Below are positions 34,864 through 44,920 of a DNA stretch of 64,000 bases, one piece after another. A program made the translations under genes and the position numbers. Source of the stretch: Blepharisma stoltei ATCC 30299 (taxonomy: Eukaryota > Protista > Ciliophora); NCBI GenBank assembly GCA_965603825.1, contig CBFDEM010000030.1, forward strand, positions 1-64,000, written 5' to 3'. Numbering within the stretch: the first letter of the stretch is position 1; each line of letters starts with the position of its first letter. Below the pieces are notes generated by a model. That model was not told where the DNA came from and did no database searches. It was given only the letters and a program-made list of their open reading frames with translations.

Positions 34864-36627
34864 ATGGTTGAAACAGAACCAAATTCGATGATAAAAGTCA
34901 TGCAGGATGAACTATTGCCATTAGTTATTTCCTACATCCGCCAGAAAACATATCCTTTTCTAATTGAAGATTTTTCTAAACTTGCTTCATATTCATCTTT
35001 GACGTGTGGAGAAATCGAATCTATTTGATTAAAAATATCTGACTCACAGCTTCCTACAGAAATCATAGAAAAACTCAGCACATTGTGCAGCTGTGCCTTT
35101 TTGATGAAAGCTTCTTATGACTCAGATTTTACCTCTAAAATTGCTAAAAAGTGCTTCGCAACTCTTCAGACTCTAAAGAAACAAAATTTTAAAATCGAAG
35201 AAGTTTCTGAAGACATTTCAAATCAATTTATTACCTGCATTCTAAGTTCACAAAGCTTTCAAGAGCTCTCTGAGTGAATAATATTTATAAATCAATACTC
35301 AATGAATTTCTCTGATTGCAGACTTGCTAAATCTGCTTTGGAATTCAAGTTTAAAGCTCTATCATGAACTCAGCTCTCAACTACAGATTTCAGTTCTCTT
35401 ATAGCTCTTCTCTCAGAAATTAATAAAGCCTCACCCGAGCACTGAGATTTCCAAGACCTTGCCCATATTCTCACTATCCTCGCTCTTAATCTAATTGAAA
35501 ACAATTTAAGCAGCACTGACCAATTTATAAACTCTCAAATATCCAAATGCCTGAGATATCTCCAAAGTTTTGACTACCTAGATGAGCCTTTAAAAGCAGA
35601 AATCAATGAATTTATCCAAATTAAAGGCACTGGAAGCTCTACATCAACTGCTATTAATTTAACAGAAAATGGCGAAAATGAAAGCCAAGGCAAGTTTTCT
35701 GATGAAGAAATCAAAACATTTGGGATTATTGATAAGTGAGGAGAAAAGCTAGTCATACAAGAAACTGACTGGATATACTTTTTACGGAAAGGAGACAACA
35801 ACTCAATAGCTGTTTTGAAAGCCAACTTGAGACTTGATAATGGGGAATCCAAAATCGTTGCAGTAAAATATTATAAATCGACTGAAAGAAAATGGCTGCT
35901 TAATTATCACACAGAAATTGAAATATTAAAGAAACTCAGCGACACAAGGCATAAGGCTTTTCTGCAGCTTTATGGGTCATTTATGGATACAGTAGTAGAA
36001 AATGAAAGAGAATATCACAGACTGAATATAATCATGGACTATTGCCAAAAAACTCTTATGAATGACATTGATATGAGAAAAAAAGAAGGTAGGAATTATA
36101 CTCAAATTGAACTATGGGACGCCATCAAGCAGCTAATTGAAGGCTTTGCAGTGCTATCAAATATGAAGATCTACCACCAAGACATCAAGCCACACAACAT
36201 TTTAATCTCAGACGATGTCTATAAAATCTCTGATTTCAATGTAAGCAAGACTACTAATGGGATAACGACAATAACAAAAGAGGCAACGATACAAGGAACG
36301 TCTGGATATTTCTCTCCTGAGCTCCAAAAAGCATTTAATGACTATAAATCGAAAAATGGGCCAAGCAGAGTTAAATTCAACCCTGGAAAGTCTGATGTTT
36401 TCTCTTTAGGCTTAACAATTTTGCAAATGGCAAGCTTAAAAAGTGTGATCGACCTGAATTTGCCTGAAAACCAAAGTGACTTGATCAATAAAATAGAAAA
36501 TCTACCTTATGATGGCAAAGTAAAGGATATTCTAAGAAGAATGATGATTTTGGACTACCACCAAAGGCCTAGCTTTATACAGTTGGTATCTTTGGTGACT
36601 GAAGAAAATACAGTCCGCTGCGAATAA
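34864..36627 (+). CDS. Divergent Ser/Thr protein kinase with helical N-terminal region (587 aa)
   Basis: ATG 34864, in frame through several TGA codons with a kinase domain: VAVKYY, YHQDIKPHN, ISDFNVSK, GTSGYFSPE, KSDVFSLG. Confidence 0.85.
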
Positions 36628-36663
36628 TCGTAGTTTTGCATAATAATTCTAACTTGTGATAAA

Positions 36664-37770
36664 ATGGACATGAATATGGAAGAGCACATGGAAAAATCCT
36701 CTGAAGAGGTGGGATCTGAAGACAGTGACACATTAACCCGGATCTTCCCCATTTCAGAGCTCGAAGCCCACACAGACTCAGTTTGCTCTGTCCATTTTCA
36801 TCCCACAAATCCAGAAGTTTTTGTTACAGGCGGAGTGGATGATAAAGCCTTCTTTTTTCATAATGATGACTATACAGAATTGGCCTTCCACACAGACACA
36901 ATAGTCCAAGCGAGGTTTTCCAATGATGGGGAATATCTTGCACTTGCAAGCATGGATTCTAAAGTCTCTATATGGCAGATCTCAAGCCTAGATGAACCTA
37001 TAGCTACCCTTGAAGGCCCATCAGACGAAATCCTAAACATTGAGTGGCATCCTAAAGGGCCTGTTATTGCTGTAAGCAGTGGGGACCAGTCTATATGGGT
37101 CTGGCATATAAGGAAAAACACACCTTTAGCTGTTTTATATGGACATCCTATCAACATGTGCAGGATTTCACCCAATGGGAGGTATCTTTATTCAGGCGGA
37201 AAAGACGGGTCTGTAAAGGTGTGGGACATGAAAGAAGAAAATTACTCTGAAAGGCCTAGTGAGTGCACATTTTCAGGCAGGGATTTTCACCAAGAAGAAA
37301 TAGTGTCAATAGTAATGTACCAAGACAATAATGTTATATTATCAGGAGGTAGAGATGGCTGTGTCTGTCTGGCAAATAGAGCAGGAAACAGAATTTTGAC
37401 AAAAATACAGGCATTTGAAGACTCTGTAGAGGCAGTGGATTTTTGTAAAGAAATGAGCCTGTTTTTGGCTGGGGGTATGACTGGGGAGATCAAGATTTAT
37501 GAGCTAGAAAGTCTTCAGTGTAGAGTTACAATCAGCATGGGAAGCGGAATAGTCAAGGCAATCTGGGTAGGCATTGAAGTTGTAGCATCGACTGTGGAAG
37601 GGAAATTGAAATGCTATGACGGAAGAAATGGAAATGGGCTGAGAAAATGGATCGGACATGAAGAGACAATCTTGGATTTCGATATAAAGCATGACAAAAT
37701 TATCAGTGGGAGCGATGACCAGAGGATTTTGATACACCCTTATAGGTTTGTTCCTCAGCAAATTTCTTAA
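36664..37770 (+). CDS. WD40 protein, SQT1/AAMP-like ribosome-assembly factor
   Basis: Acidic N-terminus, HTDSVCSV..TGGVDDKAF, IEWHPKGPVIAVSSGD, repeated GH..WD units typical of AAMP/Sqt1. Confidence 0.78.
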   Translation: MDMNMEEHMEKSSEEVGSEDSDTLTRIFPISELEAHTDSVCSVHFHPTNPEVFVTGGVDDKAFFFHNDDYTELAFHTDTIVQARFSNDGEYLALASMDSKVSIWQISSLDEPIATLEGPSDEILNIEWHPKGPVIAVSSGDQSIWVWHIRKNTPLAVLYGHPINMCRISPNGRYLYSGGKDGSVKVWDMKEENYSERPSECTFSGRDFHQEEIVSIVMYQDNNVILSGGRDGCVCLANRAGNRILTKIQAFEDSVEAVDFCKEMSLFLAGGMTGEIKIYELESLQCRVTISMGSGIVKAIWVGIEVVASTVEGKLKCYDGRNGNGLRKWIGHEETILDFDIKHDKIISGSDDQRILIHPYRFVPQQIS

Positions 37771-37957
37771 ATTTTTTACAACTGAACTTGATTAATTTTA
37801 CAGATGCTATAAGCAAATTTAATTAAGAAATTTTATTTAAAATGCATATTTAAGAGTATAAAAAGCTAAGCTCAAGAATTAGCCTATCAATTTTGAGTTT
37901 CAATCTAGCCCGATACATATGATTAGTTATGAGTCAGATTGTGAAGAAGATTATAAC

Positions 37958-38206
37958 TTACTTAGCGAAAGTCAAGAGTCCTTTCTCTTTGAAAAGTCTG
38001 TTAAGGCATCCATCAGCAAATCCTTGTCTTCTGACTCTCCCTGAGATGCAAAAAGTTTGGTTTGTCTTGAGTGCAACTCCGTCTTCGTTTACATCAGCTA
38101 TATTTAACTGAACACTTGAATAATCGCTAGGTCCGACAAGTCTGTTGGTTGCAGAGCACTTTCTTGGGATGTAAAGATCAACTATCTTTTTGTCCTCGTT
38201 CTGCAT
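37958..38206 (-). CDS. RPS21: 40S ribosomal protein S21 (eS21)
   Basis: MQNE..IVDLYIPRKCSATNRL..DYSSVQLNIADV. Confidence 0.97.
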   Translation of the reverse strand: MQNEDKKIVDLYIPRKCSATNRLVGPSDYSSVQLNIADVNEDGVALKTNQTFCISGRVRRQGFADGCLNRLFKEKGLLTFAK

Positions 38207-38496
38207 ATTTATGGTTAATTATGGACTCATTCCATTTGCCTAATGCAAACTTAATTTCATTTCTCAGAATTGCTGCCTTTTTAAGCCTACATTTGCCTTT
38301 AGCTGAAATTTATGGATAAGTTATCTCTTGGATTATTTTTAGCTATAAATAAATAATCATAAAGGCTAGGTAAATTATTTATATTTCTCAAATATTTATT
38401 TAGGTTAAAAATGCTTATAATAGATAAATCAATGCATTTTAAATTTCTAAGCTCGCTATCAAAGCTTTAATTAAATTATCATTGTTTGAAATCAAA

Positions 38497-40593
38497 ATGG
38501 ACTGCCCAAGATGTATCAATCCTTTTGGCGAAACTCACAAAACGCCTCGCATCCTTCCTAAATGTGGCCATTCATATTGCTCTGATTGCATTACAGAGCT
38601 ATGGTGTGATTCCAAAGTGACCTGCCCATTATGTGGAAAATTGAATAATTCTGATTCTCCAGAAGATTTTCCAATAAACCAAGCTTTGCTTCAAATAGCA
38701 ATTTCAAGCTCACAGCTCTGCTCAGACCACAGTCGACCATTTGAAGCCTTCTGCAAAGACGATCGAAAGCTTATGTGTGTGCGCTGTCTTCTCGAACCCC
38801 ATCACAGAGTTCATGAAGTCGCCAGCATTTTAGAAGAAGCTCAAAACGAGCGAGAGCGCCTATTAAAAATCTCTGAAACAGTAAGAAGCATTGAAGAAAA
38901 TATATCGAAAAATGAAAAAGAGCTCAAGGACACTGAATTTCTACTTAATTCAGAGTGCGAAAGACTGTTAAAAGACTACAAAGATTTGTATGATATGGTA
39001 AGAGGAGAAATTAATAAAAGGGAGACTGAGACTATAACACAAATAAAAAATATTTTGAATAAAGAACAAGGATTAATTGAAGAAAAACAGTTTGAGTATA
39101 AAAAACAAATATATTTATTGCAAACTTTAAAGCAGGAAATAGAAAAAGTGCAGGCTGAAAAGGATTTAGAAGTGCTTTCTAAGGTGACAGAAAGAGAAGC
39201 TGTCATTAAAAGTGCCTGCTGTGAGATAAATCCTATTACAAAAAATAAGCCTTATTCTGAGTATTCAAAAGACAATGAAAAACAAATTTTAGGGAAAATT
39301 ATATGTGGCGTTTTGGAGTTTTCTGAAAAAGAAACAAATTATCAAACGATAATTAAACCCAAAAGCGAAGTTACTGATAATGACTCAACAATAACCAAAA
39401 CTGCACAAATAATAAAATCATATGTATATCCTTTCAACACTGAACAGAAGTTTAAATCCAAAGCCCAAGCTCAGACAATGAGAATTACTACACAATCAAG
39501 ATTTATCAGAGATAAATCTCCTGTCACTATAAGAAGCTCTATGGACACTAAAACTGGGTGAAATACAAGAAGGGACCTTAACAGGATTTCTTTGGATTTT
39601 TCCCCAGAAAATATCCCAATCGAGCCATTTTCAGCCAAAAATCTTTTTGAAGACGATTTATCCTCAGTCCACTCCTTAGATTTAGCCTCATTTTGTAAGG
39701 TACCTAAATCAATAATCTACAACATTGGCGGGTTTTCTGAGTCCACAGCTTCAAAAGTCGAAATGTTTGACGCAGCCAATGATATATGAAAAGAAATAGG
39801 AGACTACCACTCAGCGCGCACTCAATTTGCAGCAGTTCAGTATCAAAACAGAATTATCGCCCTTGGCGGCAAAATTGTAATTTTTATACAGAAAAGTAAG
39901 CCAGTTGACACATGTGAAGAATTTGACAGGGCAGAAGTTTTTTGGAGGACAAGTGATATTTTTTTGACTGGAGCCAGAAGTGGCTTTGGGGCAACAGTGA
40001 TTTCAAGTAAAACATATTTAGACGACCTTTACGTTATTGGTGGAAGCGATGGAGTTCCTATAAAAACAGCTGAAATGTTTAGTGGGGACCGATGAATAAC
40101 AGTAAATTCTTTGAAATTAAGGAGAGATGAGCTTTCTGTGTCACTAGGACCTGATAATAACATATATGCGATAGGCGGATATGGAGGCCCAGATATGACT
40201 TCACAGTCCTCTGCTGAAAGATTTAGCATAAAAGAAGGAATTTGAAGCTTTTTGCCACATATGAAAGAAGCGAGAAGAGCACTGGCGTCAGTGACCTTGC
40301 CAGATGGGGTCTATGTGTTTGGAGGATTTGATGGATTGAGGTACTTGAATACAATGGAAAAATTTGATATAAGGGCTGGAAAATGGATGCAGCTAGCTCC
40401 TATGAACACAGCACGATGCAGCTTGAGTGGAGTTGCTTGTAGTGATTGTCAATATATTTATGCAATAGGAGGGTTTAATGGTGTTGGTGTCAGGTCTGTA
40501 GAAAGATATTCTGTTGTGGAAAACAGCTGACAAGAAATGTCTTTGTTATGCTACCCAAGATTTTCTCATTGCTCTTTAATGTTTAATGAGTAA
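38497..40593 (+). CDS. RING-B-box-coiled-coil (TRIM-like) protein with C-terminal Kelch repeats
   Basis: CPRC..PRILPKCGHSYCSDC..CPLC RING; CSDH..FCKDDRKLMCVRCL..HRVH B-box; coiled coil; Kelch units (YVIGG, IYAIGG, YVFGGFDG) whose terminal Trp is often TGA; TAA at 40591-40593. Confidence 0.88.
39877..39891 (+). other. Probable 15-nt intron (in frame, no stop)
   Basis: GTAATTTTTATACAG matches the consensus of the other introns (A at -6); not forced by frame. Confidence 0.65.
40007..40021 (+). other. Probable 15-nt intron (in frame, no stop)
   Basis: GTAAAACATATTTAG; splicing gives Kelch-like spacing ATVISNDLYVIGG. Confidence 0.7.
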
Positions 40594-41492
40594 ATTAAAT
40601 AATAATAAAATAGGAGAGAGAACATCAGATAATTAGACTTTTTTGATTTTTTATAGAAACAACTCCATAGTGCTCAGCATAGCGATAAAATCTTCTGACT
40701 CAAAGAAATAAGTGTAGGCTTCTTCTGGAAGACTAAGAAGGTGAAAGATTGTGCGCAAACTGGAGGGTAATAGGTGAATTGCTATGGAAGGTACGAGGCC
40801 TTTGGGATACCAACAGTAGACTTCTCTTATATGCATATATAACTATTATTAAAAGATGTAAGCAGCTTTCTAGGACTTTAAAATATCTATAATATGTTAA
40901 AACTATTAGATGTATTCAATTTCTATTTTCAGTATGATTTATTGAATAAAGGATTTTTGTGCAGGCTAGTATCCATAATGAAAGGGCCAGCTCTTTCTAG
41001 TGAGACTTAATTGTAATGCTTTCTGATAATTTTTTCATCTTTCTTATAGATTTTTTCTTTTGGGCCTTTTCAGCAGCCTATTATATTCCTGCAGTGTTGG
41101 GTATTCATATATTTTATTGATATTTTGGCACAGAAATTTGCTTTTTCTAGTTATATAAACTGAAACTGCTATATTATAAACTATCCACTTTTTTAAAATG
41201 TTATTTTTCAAAATTTAAATATTATTATAAAACCCCTATGAAGTAGCAAATTATATTCAGGCTGTAGTATTAAAGTTATTAAACAGCTTTTACATCTCGA
41301 ATAACTTTGCTGATATATTAATTTATAAATAAAAACTATAAGATCTCATCAATTCCTTTAATTCTCCTTAAAACCTAAACTAATCATATTTTTGTTGTAA
41401 TAAATATCAATTTCTCTCCTCACCAACCCAGGGTGTTTTTTTCCTTGTTTTTACGTCTTTTGACTGTACTGAAACCTACATAAAAACTAAAA

Positions 41493-43178
41493 ATGCAAAA
41501 TCAGTTCTCAGAATATCAAAGTTCAAATAACGAAAGTATCGTCACTTTTTCAGGAAGTCCTACATCTCCACGAAGCCAGCAAAATTTCAGTGGCGACCCC
41601 CTTGATTCTTCAGAACCTGAAGAAAATTCAAGCGACAACAATTCGTCAGACAAGGAAGATATCATGTCTTTAGAAGAAATCTCTAGCAAGCACATGGCGC
41701 TAAGAGCCTCAACAGCTCCCGCAAGGCCTTTGAGTGACATTGAAGAGTTCCGTAGGACTTCTGATTTCCTTTTATTAGAACATACAGTTATATGCGCATC
41801 CCAATTAATCCAAAATCAAGACCAAAAGTACGATCTCGACTCAGAAGAAGGCCAAAGAGCTTGCAAAAAATTTTTAAATCAAATTGAAAGACTTTGTGAA
41901 GTTTTTAAAGTGAACTGTGTTTCTCGTGATTATAGGAAGGCTTTTTCAAAGGCCTATCAAGTCTTATATAAAGAAGGCACGCTTTGCTTTCTTACTGAAA
42001 TATTGGATTCAGCACAGGAAGGGTTTCCTTACTTGTATGTGAATGGGGAAAAATATTTATTTTCAAGCGAAGTTTTAGATGCAGGCAGCAAATTATTCCA
42101 TTCATTTTGCAAAATCCAGCATATCTTTCGTGAAATCTACAACCGCATTTGTGAAGAAACGTCCACAGGTGTGGTAGGAGAAATAATTAGCGACTTAACA
42201 GAGGCTCTGCAAGATTTTGACACAAATTGGGTGGATTTCGAGCATTTGTATGTCCATGAGCTGATGGTAATAGAAACCGACGCAAGGAGATTTATCACAC
42301 AAGCCATTGAGCTGGAAAGGGAAATGTCACTGATTGAGGTAAAAGAAAAGGCGAGAGGAAGGGTGACTTTGGACTCCGAGGAATTTAATGGCCTGAGGGA
42401 TAAGTTTGTAACGATTATTGGCAAAATTAACTCAGTTGCAAATGTGGAAGGAAAAGGAAGAGATGATTTATCACTTAATATTTTGCTAGCTGCAGAGGGG
42501 ATTTCAAGAAGAATGCATCCTATGCAAAGTCACCCAATAAAAAAATTGGCTGATAAAATTAGGCAGGCTTTTACAGCATTTCGCACATTATTTAGAAAAT
42601 ACGACCAAAACATTGAAGTCGTTGACCCACAGCTTAAAAACAATCCAGAACTCGTTGAAGCATTAACCAACTTTGAAGGAAGCTGGGAGCGCGGAAAAGA
42701 GTACATTTTAAATTCCAAAAGATGCAACCAAGTCGTCTACATCTACAATATGATTGAAAAGCACGCTGAAAAATACCCTACTTTCAAGGAACAGCTTGAA
42801 TTTTCGGACTCACAGCTCTTCGTAAGTGTTCCTTCCCTGCTCGTTCTAAAGTGCCTAGAAGACGACGATAAAGGGATTTGTAAGCACTTCTGCCCACTTA
42901 TTTATGAAGAGCACGAAGAAATCGGGATCGTCTTTAAGAGGCTGAAAAGAAGCTACAAACTAGGAAAACTCGCCAGTTCTTCAGTGCAGGAGTATGCAGA
43001 ACTGCTGGAAATGATGATAATTGGCGAAAAAGTGAACCAAAAATCACGTACACAGATCATAAACCCTAAATTTGACAACTTAGACCATGTACTGACGAAA
43101 ATTACTAATTTATCGATTGCAATTCAAAGAAATAGGCCGAGTGAATGGAACAGATTTCTAGATGTTGTTCTTTGCTAA
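41493..43178 (+). CDS. Hypothetical helical protein (561 aa)
   Basis: Long uninterrupted ORF with Ser/acidic N-terminus; no domain I can name. Confidence 0.85.
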   Translation: MQNQFSEYQSSNNESIVTFSGSPTSPRSQQNFSGDPLDSSEPEENSSDNNSSDKEDIMSLEEISSKHMALRASTAPARPLSDIEEFRRTSDFLLLEHTVICASQLIQNQDQKYDLDSEEGQRACKKFLNQIERLCEVFKVNCVSRDYRKAFSKAYQVLYKEGTLCFLTEILDSAQEGFPYLYVNGEKYLFSSEVLDAGSKLFHSFCKIQHIFREIYNRICEETSTGVVGEIISDLTEALQDFDTNWVDFEHLYVHELMVIETDARRFITQAIELEREMSLIEVKEKARGRVTLDSEEFNGLRDKFVTIIGKINSVANVEGKGRDDLSLNILLAAEGISRRMHPMQSHPIKKLADKIRQAFTAFRTLFRKYDQNIEVVDPQLKNNPELVEALTNFEGSWERGKEYILNSKRCNQVVYIYNMIEKHAEKYPTFKEQLEFSDSQLFVSVPSLLVLKCLEDDDKGICKHFCPLIYEEHEEIGIVFKRLKRSYKLGKLASSSVQEYAELLEMMIIGEKVNQKSRTQIINPKFDNLDHVLTKITNLSIAIQRNRPSEWNRFLDVVLC

Positions 43179-43209
43179 ATATATAAAAAATTAATTTTTC
43201 ATAACAAAA

Positions 43210-44820
43210 TTAATGTATAGCATCATGCAGCAGGTAGTAGGTTGCTGTAGCATGATTGAGTTCATTGCAGTTTAATGAATTCAAGACAAAACTTTTTGGG
43301 AAACCACAAGCCACCACTTTTTCTAAGATGAAATCATCAACTTTGAATCTTTTTTCTCGAGATGGCTCGATGTTTCCTATAAATCGTGGGGATACACTTT
43401 CTTCTTCAGTTTCATCAGAAGATCGGAATCATGGATGCCTTAGCAAAGAGTCCAATGGGATCCTGTTGTGTGGGACAAGCTGCAGCATACTTCTTATCAT
43501 ATCCTTGGCATTTTCACTTAAATAGTCTGGCAGATTGTATTTTCCTGTCAAAATCAGCTTGTTTAGCTCTGGAATACTGTGAGCCTTAAAGGGAACAGTT
43601 CCACACAGCATTGCATACGCCAAGATTCCTAAGCTTCACATATCTGCCCAAAATCCTTCATAACCTCTATCTACAATGATTTCAGGAGCTAAATAAGCTG
43701 GGGTTCCGCATTGCTCATTGATTATTTGTCCTTTTTTTACAAGCTTACTTACCCCAAAATCACAGATTTTACAGCAAGAATACTGTGAATCTAATAAAAT
43801 ATTATCAAGCTTGAAATCTCGATGCAAAACCCCATTTTCGTGGATTTCTATTGCACCTTCAATAATTTGTCCAAAAATTCTCCTAGCTTCATTTTCTGTT
43901 AACCTCCCTTTTTGCTTTACAAATTGCAATAAATCTCCACCCCCTGCATATTCCATGACAATCAAAAAATGCTTCGAGCTTTCGAAAACCTCGAAAATTT
44001 TTACCACATATTTGTTTCTGATTTTTTTCAAAATATACACTTCTTGGAATACTTTTCTCTTTGCGTGCTCATTCCTTAGCTGAGCTTTTTCGATAGTTTT
44101 AATTGCTACGTTCATTCCTGTCAGCTTATGGACACCTAGCAAAACCTTTCCAAAAGCACCTTTTCCTATCATTTTCCCAATTTTATAAAAATCTAAGGTT
44201 GTTGGCGGGTCGTCTAAATGTTTGCCAAAGTAACTTGAAATATAGCTCACCAGTTTTTCCTTTTCTTCTTCTTGCTCTTGAAAAGACCCTGCAGAGACAT
44301 TTAGGTTTTCATATAAGTGTGTTGGTGTGTGTCTTTCTTGCAACAAGCTTTGGTTTACTTCTATCAGAGATCGGTCGTTTTTAGAATTTATTGGAGTATT
44401 TTTTTGAAAAGAATTATTTCCATTTCGTCTTGATACTGAGCGTATCTTGAAGATACTGCTTATTTTATCCGAAACAACTCTTCTGTGTCCAGGTTTTGAG
44501 GTTTGTTTAGGAGTTAGCTCAGGACTTCGTGCTGGAGTCCGAGATTGTCGATCAGGAGTGATCTCCTTTCAGCCTTCGATTCTCTTCTTTACATATTCAT
44601 GAAGGTCTTTGTGAGCTGGGGGTTGAATTTCAATTGCAAGATTTTTAATTATTCTTGTTGTGACTGGGCTGGTCTTCTCGCTCTTCGAAATTCTACGTCC
44701 CTCATCTTTACTAGAAATTCTGATGCGATTGCCAACCTTAAGGAATTCTTTTGATGCTTTTGAAGCTGGCTCAGCGAAGTCTTGGCTAGATCCATGAGCC
44801 CTGATTTTCCTTTTAAACAT
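43210..44820 (-). CDS. CAMK-group (SNF1/MARK-like) Ser/Thr kinase
   Basis: IGKGAFGKV, HRDFKLDN, CDFGVSK, CGTPAYLAPE, ADMW[TGA]SLG, HPW[TGA], C-terminal NHATATYYLL; fragments in one frame from ATG 44820 to TAA 43210. Confidence 0.9.
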
Positions 44821-44920
44821 TCTCTAATATGATCAAGTGAAATTTGATTTAATAATCAAACGGCTTAGAAAATAATAAATCACATAATTTTGAACATTAA
44901 TTTATTATTTTTTGCTGAAG

